Below, one piece after another: positions 1 to 9,174 of a stretch of DNA of 64,000 nucleotides. This DNA is from Candidatus Altimarinota bacterium. Lineage in GTDB: Bacteria; Patescibacteriota; Gracilibacteria; CAIRYL01; GCA-016699755. Numbering within the stretch: the stretch's first letter is position 1; the number at the start of each line of letters is the position of its first letter. The stretch covers positions 800,001 to 864,000 of the forward strand of contig OY760935.1 of assembly GCA_963664295.1 (NCBI GenBank), given 5' to 3'. The position numbers and the translations under genes were made by a program. The notes under the pieces were generated by a model that searched no databases, had not been told where the DNA came from, and saw only the letters and a list, made by a program, of their open reading frames with translations.

Positions 1-2259
1 CAAACTATTTTCCAAGGCATCTACTGATTCGTCAGCATTTTTTAGCCACTCAGGCATTTCGCCGTCTTGCACATTAAGAGGTGCTGGCTCATCTGTTTCT
101 GCTTCTTGGCTTTCTTCTGTTTTCACTGGCTCTGCCTCCACAGGTTCAGCTTCTATTTCTGCCTCTTGCTCTACTGGTTCAACAATTTCACCTGTCGCAA
201 CTTGCTCTTCTGGCTCAGATGTAGAAATTTCCAATTCATCTATGTGATGTTTTTTTGTAAATTTTTCTTTTATTCCCTCAATAATCTCACCAAATGTCAA
301 AGCTGGATTGCGTATTTTTTCAATCACTAAATAAATAGCTGGAATTAAAACAATAATTAACAAAATAATTAAAAACCAAACAAAAAAACCAAGTCCATCT
401 TTTTCTGTTTCTGTAAGCTCTGTGCCATCTGGGTTAATAATTGTGCCATCTGGCAAAACAGTAGTTCCATCAGATTCAACCAAAGAGCCATCTGAGTTAA
501 TAATTGTACCATCTGGCTTAATTTCTGTACCATCTGGCTTGATAGTTGTCCCATCAATTAAAACTCTGGTTCCATCAGGATAAACTTTTGTGCCATCTTC
601 CTCTACGATAACTCCATCATCAAGCACTTCTCCTTCTTTTATGCCACCTTCTTCATCAGTCAAGCCTTCAATTAAAGGTATTTCAATAATTTCTACTTTT
701 TTAGATGTTTTTTCAGCAATATCTGTCACAGTTAAAACCACTCTAAACCTTCCATGTTGCTTATATTCATAAATAGGACTTTGTTCCGAGCTAATCTCAC
801 CATTACCAAAATCCCACAAAGAAATAAACTCTGTATTTGGAAGCTGGGAATCAACCTCAGATCCATTTGAAAAGGTCACTACATTTTTATCAATAAAATA
901 AGTGAAGTCAGCTCTTGGAGCTTGCGTTCTGTCATCACCCTCCAGCGCATGAACTATAATTTTCTTCTTATAAACAACTAATTCCTGATCTTCGGTAGTC
1001 ATTGTCACCATAGCCTCAAAATCACCAGCTGATTCATACATATAAGCTATTGTTGCCTCTTGCGTTTCTGTTTCTATAATTCCATCACTATCAAAATCCC
1101 AAGCAAATTTAGCATTTTCTGGCGCAGGAAAAACTGTAAAGTTAATAGTATCTCCAGCGTCAATTTCATTTTTATCAACAACTAATTTGCCAACAGTCTC
1201 GAGGTCAAGATCATCTAAATTAATTTCAATATTTGCTGAACCTTCTTCAAAAACAACTTTTCTTTGTATTCTGCTTCCTTTTCCTTCCTTATCAACAACA
1301 GTCAGTTGCATAACAGCATCTCCCCATTCTTTATTATACTCAGTAGTCCACATATCGCCTGTATAAAAAGAATTATCTTCTTTGTTGTCAATGTCATTGG
1401 CAGGATCACCATCAGCATCAGAATCAATTTTAATATTTTTATCTATTCGATATTCAACAATGTCACCCACTGAAGAACCTGTATAAAAAGTCACTTTATT
1501 CTCATTTTCATAAAGATGAATTAAGCCTTTTTCATCAGCAGAAGGAAAAGTAGAAATTCTTGCTTCTAGCTGATCAACCTGAATAACATCATCACCAACA
1601 AAAAGAACCTTTACCTTATCAGTGTCTTTTTTGCCATATTTATCAATAACAGTAAGTCCAACCTCAATTGTCCCATCATCACGAAGAAAAGTTTTCTTAA
1701 AGGCAGATCCATCTGTTAGTGAAGTATGACCTTTGTTATCAATATCATTAGCAGGATCACCATCATGGTTTGAATCTTCAGCTAAGTTAAGGTCAAGATA
1801 GTATTCTTTAATTTCACCTATTGAAGAATTAGCAATAAAATAAACATCTCCCCTTTCTCCTTCAAGAGAAATTGTGTTTTCTGCTGACTTTTGCGGTAAT
1901 GTATTTAATTTTGCAAACAAATTATTACCAACATTAGCTGTCACCAATCCTTCACCAGTCACCAAAACATCAACACTGGTAGTTTTGGTTGAACCATCAC
2001 GCATATCCACAGACAAATTCAATAAATAAGTTCCTGAATCAACAAAATTGTAAGAAAAACTCTGCGCTTTTCCTTTTGTTAATATTTGTCCTGTGCTGTC
2101 TTTTAGTATCCATTGATAATTACTAGCTCCGGTGGCGCTTTTTGCATTAACTGAAAAATTCTCACCTACTTTAAGATGCACAATTCCACTAGCCTCAACA
2201 AAAACAGAAGAAGCGAAAAGAATTAAAAAGGCCGATAATATTAAAAATATTTTTTTCAT
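1..2259 (-). CDS. PKD-domain surface protein with xDGT repeats, C-terminal TM helix and acidic tail (3' end beyond window)
   Basis: Not in the ORF track. Manual translation from ATG at 2259 stays open to position 1. It shows a signal peptide (MKKIFLILSAFLILFASSVFVEA), PKD motifs (FAWDFDSDG, LWDFGNG, VVLTVTD), DxDxDG motifs, a PDGT repeat block, a TM segment (FFVWFLIILLIIVLIPAIYLVI) and a Glu-rich tail with MPEWLK. Confidence 0.85.
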   Translation of the reverse strand, partial: MKKIFLILSAFLILFASSVFVEASGIVHLKVGENFSVNAKSATGASNYQWILKDSTGQILTKGKAQSFSYNFVDSGTYLLNLSVDMRDGSTKTTSVDVLVTGEGLVTANVGNNLFAKLNTLPQKSAENTISLEGERGDVYFIANSSIGEIKEYYLDLNLAEDSNHDGDPANDIDNKGHTSLTDGSAFKKTFLRDDGTIEVGLTVIDKYGKKDTDKVKVLFVGDDVIQVDQLEARISTFPSADEKGLIHLYENENKVTFYTGSSVGDIVEYRIDKNIKIDSDADGDPANDIDNKEDNSFYTGDMWTTEYNKEWGDAVMQLTVVDKEGKGSRIQRKVVFEEGSANIEINLDDLDLETVGKLVVDKNEIDAGDTINFTVFPAPENAKFAWDFDSDGIIETETQEATIAYMYESAGDFEAMVTMTTEDQELVVYKKKIIVHALEGDDRTQAPRADFTYFIDKNVVTFSNGSEVDSQLPNTEFISLWDFGNGEISSEQSPIYEYKQHGRFRVVLTVTDIAEKTSKKVEIIEIPLIEGLTDEEGGIKEGEVLDDGVIVEEDGTKVYPDGTRVLIDGTTIKPDGTEIKPDGTIINSDGSLVESDGTTVLPDGTIINPDGTELTETEKDGLGFFVWFLIILLIIVLIPAIYLVIEKIRNPALTFGEIIEGIKEKFTKKHHIDELEISTSEPEEQVATGEIVEPVEQEAEIEAEPVEAEPVKTEESQEAETDEPAPLNVQDGEMPEWLKNADESVDALENSL

Positions 2260-2260
2260 T

Positions 2261-5200
2261 TTATTCAACTATAAGCAAAATTGTCTCAGAAAGATCGCCT
2301 GAAACAGTATTATTAGCAGTCACTTCAACTAAAAGATTGCCAGCACCCAAAGGATGGATTGTACTCGCAGCTTCACCATTCATTGCCCTAGTGTTGTCGG
2401 GAATAATATTAGCAGACCCCTCAAGTACTCTAAAATCAACTTTACCTGAATAAGGACTTCCGTCTGCGTTTTTCACAAAAACCAAAAGATCCATTGTTTC
2501 TGTTGTTTGAAAAGTTTTATTTGGCGCCACTAAGAACAAAGTTGTAATTGGATTTATCGAATCAATTTGCAAACTTTTTTCTGCCTGATTACTAACAACG
2601 CTTTCTGCCTGCACAACTTGTCCACTTTTTTGAATAGACAAAGTTCTTTCAACAAAATCTTCTCCTTTTGTTTTATCTTTAACAACCAAACGAACCTGAT
2701 AAAATCCTTCATTAGGATAAATATATTCTGGGTCAAGTTCTGTAGAATCAGCATCATTATTTGCAACACCATCACCATCAGTGTCTGTGTTGGTGTCAAA
2801 GTCCCAAAAAAGTTCTAAGTCATTGTCTGGCACAGATGTATCTAATTTAGAATTACTACCATTAAATAAAACTTTTCTACCAGTAATTTGATAAGTAAAA
2901 GCCGCTAAAGGTAGTTTAGAAGTGCGTTCAACAAAAATTGTTCTTGTTTTTGAACTTGCCAAACCTCTGTGCACAACTTTCATGCGCACCTTATATTCAC
3001 CAGGTATATCAAATCTTCTCACCACATTCGGACCACTAGAAGTATCGTCAAAAATATTATCACCATCAAAATCCCAAGTAAAAGCACTATCTGGTATTTC
3101 TTCTCCTTGTGGATCAGACGCTTCTCCTGTGAATGTAATTGTTTCACCCATTTTTATTGATGTGCGATCAACTCTAAAATCAACCACAGGTGCAAGGTTT
3201 TCATTATTTTTAATATCAACAAATTGACTTGGTCCAAATAATTCTTCATTAGTAATAACTCCACCATTGTCATCTTTAATTTCTACAAAGAAATTCCAAC
3301 GATTAACCTGATTTGCCTGACCTCTCGGCAAGATGGTAATACTAGAAGAATTGATGCTTGTTGTATGTAAGTCCATCTTTTCTCCAGGATCAAGCTCCCT
3401 TTCTGCCCACCAAGTATATTGCACAATATGACCATCAGGATCATGCGCACCAACAGCAAGCAAAGGAATGTTAATAGGAGTTTCTTTTCTTCTGTCTGGA
3501 ACATTTATCTCAAAACGATCAAAAGAAGGTAGAGCATTTTTAATTTTAAAATACAAAACTTCTGAATCGGATTTTTTACTTTTATTGTCTGTCACAGTAA
3601 GAGTCACGGGAATACAGCTGTCTTCATCTGTTATTTCATTAAAGCGTTTTTTAATAATGCTATCAGACAAAAATGTTCCATCATGAAAATCCCAATTAGT
3701 TAATAAATTCGTTCGCTCTCCATCAACATTAACTGATTTTTTTGCACTTAATGTAAGTATATCTGATCTAGTAATTTCAAATCCTGGCTCACCATAACAA
3801 ATACCATCAGTTGGCATTAAATAAACACTATCTTTTTTAATATCATAAACTGCAGTTGGGCTATCTCTTCTTCCAACATGAACCCATTTTTCAACTGAAT
3901 TTTCTTCATCTAAATTACTTGTCACTGTTAAGCGAACTCGATATTTACCTTCTTGGTTAAAAACATGTGTTTGTGAGGCATTTGTGTTTATTTCTGTTAT
4001 TCCATCATCAAAATCCCACTTAAAGCCTATAGCATCTTTGCTAATAGCATTAAAAATAACTTCTTCACCAACATAAGAAATAAGCGTACTAGCTGTAAAA
4101 TCAACCTTAAAAGTAGAATCTATCTTAATGGTGCTCATTGCCGCAGCCTTTTGTCCAAAAGGATCTTCTATTTGTAATCTAACTTTATATGTTTTTGCTT
4201 CAGGAAAAGTGTAAAAAATCACCATTTCATTGGTATCCACAATGTCAAAAATACCATCATTATCAAAATCCCAAGAGTAGGTAAGCCTGTCGCCATCTGG
4301 ATCACTTGATCTACTTGCATCAAAACGCACAGTAGCAGGATCGGAATCTTTTAATATTGAATAATTAAACACTGCATATGGCTCTTGCGAATAAACTTTA
4401 AATTTCTCAGAACTAAACACGCTCTCGCCTTTTATGTCAGTCACTGTTAATTTTGCTTCATAATCACCAACTTTAGAAAATTTATAAGTAAAAGTTTTAT
4501 CACTTGATTCAAAGCTCTCTGGTCCTTTAATTTCCCACAAATAAGATTTAATACTGCCCTCACTTGCCTTTGAATTACTAGCATCAAACTTAAACTCACT
4601 ATCAATAGTTCCTTTTGTTGGATTTATGTCAATATCAGCAACATTATTTTTTACATAAACATAAACACTCTTTTCATCTTGTTCGCCTAAATTATCAGTA
4701 GTGGTCAAAGTTAATTGATATTGACCCAAATCGCCATAAGAATAGTTCACAATTTCTGAACTCGATCGTTCATCAACCGAACCGTTACCAAATTCCCAAA
4801 AATAATCCGTAATCTGACGACCTTCTGCTGGCTCACTCAAACTAGGATCAAGCGAAAGACCTTCTGTGGCCTCTTGTCTAGTTATTTGATAAATATTTCC
4901 TGGATCTTCACCATTGATATTAAATTGAACATTAGTACTAGCTGGCAAAACTCGAATAGTTTTATAAGCAAGTTCGTCCATTGCTGTTTTTGCACCATTT
5001 TCTATATCTAAAGTTTCAACAATTAAATTAACCACATATGAACCAGGGTTTTCAAAAAGTATTTCTTTTGTTGGTCCTGAGCCAAGGTCAACAGTCTGCC
5101 CACTATTATCAATATAAGTCCAGTGATAATTAGCATCAGGAATAGTTATATTATTTGGATCTGATGATGCTGAGCCATCTAAAAACACATACAAAGGTGT

Positions 5201-7366
5201 TTTACCGCTAACAGGTTTGGCATTTATCTTAGGATTCATTCTTGGAAAATCTTTTACCAAAGAGAAAAAATCTTGGTAATAAACCCTAAGGTCATTAGCG
5301 TTTGTTTCATTAGGGTCAGATGCCCAATTACCCAAAGCCTCAACTAAATATCCATAAGATTCAATCATCTCGTTTGTATGAGGAATAATGCTATAAAGTT
5401 GATCTAATTTTGTTTTAAATCTTGCAATAGTTCGCTCATCATCAGCGTCCATATTTCTATAAAGCGTATTAAGCCTACTTAAAAGATTGTCTACTGACTC
5501 TTGTGTGTAAACAACAATATTATCTCCTGTATAACTTTGTATATCTGTCACCAAACCACCAAACTGATTAGTGTCATCATCATAATCTTCAGGTTCTTCC
5601 ACTGTTTCATTGCCATCCGGGTCAGTCGTAGTCACTGTGCCATCTGCATCAGTCCTAATTATAGTGCCATCTGCTTTTTTAATAACAACTGTGCCATCTG
5701 GATAAGTTGTTGTAATAGTGCCATTAGGTTTTTTTACAATAATTGTTCCATCAGGTTTAGTAGTAGTTATGGTTCCATCAGCCTGTTCCACTGTTAAAGT
5801 TCCATCACTATATCTAGTAATCACAGTACCATTTGCCTTAGTGGTCACCATCTTTCCATTTGGATAAGCGGTAATTTTATCACCAGCTGTGGTCACAAAA
5901 TCAACACTGCCATCTGAATGCGAAGTATAAGTTGTGCCATTAGGTAAAGTAATTGCTGAGCCAGCCGGATTAGTTGTTGTTTGTCCGTCTGCGCTTGTAG
6001 TTGTACTCGTACCATCAGAGTTTGTTCTAATAGTAGTTCCATCGGCCAAAGTCACTGTAATAGTTCCGTCATCATTAACAACAACAGTTCCATCTGGTGT
6101 TCTAACTCCTGATCCATCAGAAATATAAGTACTACCATTTGTGTCTGTAATAGTTGCAGAAGGATTTGATCCATCAGGATTGTAAATAGTAATACTACCA
6201 TTACCATCAGGTATATTAGTTGTTGAAGTGCTACCAGCAGGATTTGTTATTGAAATAGTTCCATTACTAGTAGGCACACTTACAACAGGTGTATCGTCGT
6301 TAGGATTACCAACAACAATATTGCCATCGTCGTCATAAGTGACTACAACAGGTGCTCTATATGTTGCCATTGGATCAAGAGGGTTTACAGTAATACCTGT
6401 TGTAATACCAGCAGGCATAGTGCCATTTTCCATGGCCTCCAAAGTAGCAGGGGTAAGCACCCATTCCCATTCAGCAGGAACAGTCCCTTCTGGCATTGCT
6501 AATAATTCTGCTAATGTAATTCCCCAAACCCATTCTGAAGGTTCAGTTCCCGCAGGCATATTTTCAAGAGTTTCTGCAGTAAGGGTCCATTCCCATTCAG
6601 CAGGAACAGTCCCTTCTGGCATTGCTAATAATTCTGCTAATGTAATTCCCCAAACCCATTCTGAAGGCAAAGGTGCTACATCCATATCGGCAAGCCCGGT
6701 AAGTCCCTGCCAAACATAAGTAGGCATAACCCCTAAAGGATCAGGATTAAGATCTGCAATATCTCCTCCTTTTGGAAGGCGAGCAGTATACATATCATCA
6801 AGAGGAAGAGGGTTAACTCCAATATTGCTTGCAGTAGGATCAGGTGCTTGATCCATTGGATCAAGAGGATCTTGCTCAGGCGAATCACCCTCAATAACAG
6901 GAAGTGGCTCACTTTCATTAGCTCCATCACCCGCTCCAATAACCCAATTAACAACTGTGTAAGAAAGTAATATTAAAATAATACCCAACAAGGCATACAT
7001 AACGCCTTTTTTTCCTTTTCCAAACTGTTCTTCATTACCACCAGAAGTCACCCATAAAACACCAGAATAAATCAAAGCTGCCGTGGCAACCAAACCAGTA
7101 AAAGTTAAAAAATAATTGATAATCTTAATCACAACCTCGCGAAAAGTAAGATCCGGATTAAACTCCTCAGGAATATCACCTTCCGGAGCACTAAAACAAG
7201 GAATTTCATCAATCAAATTGCCTTCATCATCGTAAACTGGCCCACATTCACTACCAGGTAAATCACCGCTACCAATAGCCAAAGCATTGTCAGAAAAAAT
7301 CCCAACAATGCCTACAAAAATAGTAAAAATAAATGCGCCAATAATTATTTTTCTGAATATTTTCAT
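2261..7366 (-). CDS. Giant surface protein: N-terminal VirB2/TrbC-like pilin domain, Trp-rich and xDGT repeats, multiple PKD domains (1701 aa)
   Basis: Signal peptide, then a pilin-like two-helix hairpin (IINYFLTFTGLVATAALIYSGVLWVTSGGNEEQFGKGKKGVMYALLGIILILLSYTVVNWV). Many PKD signatures follow (WDFDNDG, WEFGNG, Y-x-V-x-LTV). Confidence 0.85.
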   Translation of the reverse strand: MKIFRKIIIGAFIFTIFVGIVGIFSDNALAIGSGDLPGSECGPVYDDEGNLIDEIPCFSAPEGDIPEEFNPDLTFREVVIKIINYFLTFTGLVATAALIYSGVLWVTSGGNEEQFGKGKKGVMYALLGIILILLSYTVVNWVIGAGDGANESEPLPVIEGDSPEQDPLDPMDQAPDPTASNIGVNPLPLDDMYTARLPKGGDIADLNPDPLGVMPTYVWQGLTGLADMDVAPLPSEWVWGITLAELLAMPEGTVPAEWEWTLTAETLENMPAGTEPSEWVWGITLAELLAMPEGTVPAEWEWVLTPATLEAMENGTMPAGITTGITVNPLDPMATYRAPVVVTYDDDGNIVVGNPNDDTPVVSVPTSNGTISITNPAGSTSTTNIPDGNGSITIYNPDGSNPSATITDTNGSTYISDGSGVRTPDGTVVVNDDGTITVTLADGTTIRTNSDGTSTTTSADGQTTTNPAGSAITLPNGTTYTSHSDGSVDFVTTAGDKITAYPNGKMVTTKANGTVITRYSDGTLTVEQADGTITTTKPDGTIIVKKPNGTITTTYPDGTVVIKKADGTIIRTDADGTVTTTDPDGNETVEEPEDYDDDTNQFGGLVTDIQSYTGDNIVVYTQESVDNLLSRLNTLYRNMDADDERTIARFKTKLDQLYSIIPHTNEMIESYGYLVEALGNWASDPNETNANDLRVYYQDFFSLVKDFPRMNPKINAKPVSGKTPLYVFLDGSASSDPNNITIPDANYHWTYIDNSGQTVDLGSGPTKEILFENPGSYVVNLIVETLDIENGAKTAMDELAYKTIRVLPASTNVQFNINGEDPGNIYQITRQEATEGLSLDPSLSEPAEGRQITDYFWEFGNGSVDERSSSEIVNYSYGDLGQYQLTLTTTDNLGEQDEKSVYVYVKNNVADIDINPTKGTIDSEFKFDASNSKASEGSIKSYLWEIKGPESFESSDKTFTYKFSKVGDYEAKLTVTDIKGESVFSSEKFKVYSQEPYAVFNYSILKDSDPATVRFDASRSSDPDGDRLTYSWDFDNDGIFDIVDTNEMVIFYTFPEAKTYKVRLQIEDPFGQKAAAMSTIKIDSTFKVDFTASTLISYVGEEVIFNAISKDAIGFKWDFDDGITEINTNASQTHVFNQEGKYRVRLTVTSNLDEENSVEKWVHVGRRDSPTAVYDIKKDSVYLMPTDGICYGEPGFEITRSDILTLSAKKSVNVDGERTNLLTNWDFHDGTFLSDSIIKKRFNEITDEDSCIPVTLTVTDNKSKKSDSEVLYFKIKNALPSFDRFEINVPDRRKETPINIPLLAVGAHDPDGHIVQYTWWAERELDPGEKMDLHTTSINSSSITILPRGQANQVNRWNFFVEIKDDNGGVITNEELFGPSQFVDIKNNENLAPVVDFRVDRTSIKMGETITFTGEASDPQGEEIPDSAFTWDFDGDNIFDDTSSGPNVVRRFDIPGEYKVRMKVVHRGLASSKTRTIFVERTSKLPLAAFTYQITGRKVLFNGSNSKLDTSVPDNDLELFWDFDTNTDTDGDGVANNDADSTELDPEYIYPNEGFYQVRLVVKDKTKGEDFVERTLSIQKSGQVVQAESVVSNQAEKSLQIDSINPITTLFLVAPNKTFQTTETMDLLVFVKNADGSPYSGKVDFRVLEGSANIIPDNTRAMNGEAASTIHPLGAGNLLVEVTANNTVSGDLSETILLIVE
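6461..6667. repeat. Two identical 81-bp direct repeats (6461-6541 and 6587-6667, period 126 bp) encoding PSEWVWGITLAELLAMPEGTVPAEWEW
   Basis: Direct sequence comparison. Confidence 0.9.
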
Positions 7367-7896
7367 ACAGAAGCATTAATAAATAGATTTACCAGCACAT
7401 AAGACATTAAAATCACAATAATACCAATAGCTGTATAAATCATAATTTTCTTTCCTTTTTCAGCATTTTCTTCATTAGTAAATGAAGTTAAATACATAGC
7501 TCCAGCCCACAAAAAAGCAATAAAAGCTATAATGCCTGCTAAAATCAAAAAGAATTTAACCCAAGCCAGAACAACAACCGAAAAACTTGGATTATTGATA
7601 ATTCCCGTACCTGGGATCATTGTTTCCAAAACCTTAAGACCCCAATCCATTCCTCCACCAATAAAAACTGGTAAATCATAACAACCAGTTGCGGGATTTG
7701 GACAACCAATTCCTTCAAAACAGCCAGTTGCCGGATCAGGACAGCCAATAGCATCATAACAACCTTTATCATCAGGACAACCAATTCCTTCGATACAACT
7801 ATTTCCATCAACACAACCTCGAGCAACTGCTAATGCAGAACTTGTCTTGATTAAAAATAGAAATAAAAAGTAATATATTTTTCTGACTAATTTCAT
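7363..7896 (-). CDS. VirB2/TrbC-like (CPR-type) pilin with Cys-rich repeat N-domain
   Basis: Signal peptide, an 8-Cys repeat region, then FLILAGIIAFIAFLWAGAMYLTSFTNEENAEKGKKIMIYTAIGIIVILMSYVLVNLF. ATGA overlap with the downstream giant gene. Confidence 0.8.
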   Translation of the reverse strand: MKLVRKIYYFLFLFLIKTSSALAVARGCVDGNSCIEGIGCPDDKGCYDAIGCPDPATGCFEGIGCPNPATGCYDLPVFIGGGMDWGLKVLETMIPGTGIINNPSFSVVVLAWVKFFLILAGIIAFIAFLWAGAMYLTSFTNEENAEKGKKIMIYTAIGIIVILMSYVLVNLFINASV

Positions 7897-8010
7897 TTTT
7901 GTTTTTATTTATTCATATTATTGTACCTTTTTTTAACAAAAAATACAAGGTTTAACTAATAAAAAACCATAAATCTCGACATTTTTTTGAAAAAAAGACA
8001 GAATATTTTT

Positions 8011-9174
8011 ATGAAAAAAATTTTAATTATTCTAGCAGGCGGAAAAGGAGAAAGATTTAAGCAAGACAAAACAATGGTTGAACTGCAAAAAAAACCTCTT
8101 ATTACCTGGTCATTAGAGACTTTTTATAAATCAAGAGAAATAGACGAATTTTATGTAATAAGTAATAAAAAAAATCATAATAAAATTAAAAAAATAGTGC
8201 CTAATTTTGTAAAAATATACGCATTAGCAGGAAAAACCCGCGCAGAAAGTGCAAAAAATGCAATAAAAAAAATAAAACCTAAAAAAAACGATTTATTAAT
8301 TATTCATAATGTAGCCAATCCACTGGTCAGCGTAAAAGAAATCAAAAATTGCCTAAAACAAGCCAAAAAATACGGTGCTTGCGGAGTAGCCCATCAAACC
8401 ACAAACACAATTCGCAACAAAAACGGCATAATTCCAAGAAAAAATTTACACCTAATGGAAACACCACAAGCAATAAAAGCAAATATTTATCTTGAAGGAC
8501 TAAAAAAAATCAAAAAAACCGAAGAAATAACTGATGATTTAATGATTGCGGAAAAAACAGGGGTAAAAATCAAAATAATTCCTGCAGATATCAATAATAA
8601 AAAAATAACTTTCCCTGAAGACTTAGAAAAAATGGAATTTTTATTACAAAAAAAAGAAAAAAAAACATTTAAAAATTTATTTAATTTTTTACCAAGCACA
8701 AAAAACATAAAAATCGGCATAGGACATGATTCTCATCAATTCGACAAAACAGGAATATGTGTATTAGGTGGAATAAAATTCAAAGAGTGCAAAAAATTAA
8801 AAGGAAATTCTGATGGCGATGCTTGTTTTCATGCACTAACAAACGCAATTCTCTCTGCAATAGGACACGGATCACTTTCACTTTTTTCTGATGAAATGTG
8901 CAAAAAAGGCATAAAAAATTCCCAGAAATATTTGGAAAGAGCATTAAAAATGCTCAAAAAAGAAAAATATAAAATTAAAAATATTTCCCTTTCTTTTGAG
9001 TGCTTAAAGCCAAAACTAGAAAAAAAATTTCCGGAAATGAAGAAAAAAATCAGTAAAATATTAAATATTAAAGAAAAAAATATTGGACTAACGGCAACAA
9101 GTGGAGAAAAATTAACAAATTTTGGACAAGGAAAGGGAGTACAAGTTTTTGCCACTGTTCTAATTCAAAAATGA
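8011..9174 (+). CDS. ispDF: Bifunctional IspD/IspF (MEP pathway)
   Basis: IspD-like motifs LAGGKGERF, ETPQ and NKKITFPEDL. IspF motifs GIGHDSH, SDGD..HAL and ATSGEKL..FGQGKG. Start moved to ATG 8011. Confidence 0.85.
   Translation: MKKILIILAGGKGERFKQDKTMVELQKKPLITWSLETFYKSREIDEFYVISNKKNHNKIKKIVPNFVKIYALAGKTRAESAKNAIKKIKPKKNDLLIIHNVANPLVSVKEIKNCLKQAKKYGACGVAHQTTNTIRNKNGIIPRKNLHLMETPQAIKANIYLEGLKKIKKTEEITDDLMIAEKTGVKIKIIPADINNKKITFPEDLEKMEFLLQKKEKKTFKNLFNFLPSTKNIKIGIGHDSHQFDKTGICVLGGIKFKECKKLKGNSDGDACFHALTNAILSAIGHGSLSLFSDEMCKKGIKNSQKYLERALKMLKKEKYKIKNISLSFECLKPKLEKKFPEMKKKISKILNIKEKNIGLTATSGEKLTNFGQGKGVQVFATVLIQK

Noticed and set aside
67-1473. Short ORF-track ORFs in the first 1.5 kb
   Set aside because: They are shadows of the long minus-strand PKD gene (2259 to 1) that the track missed.
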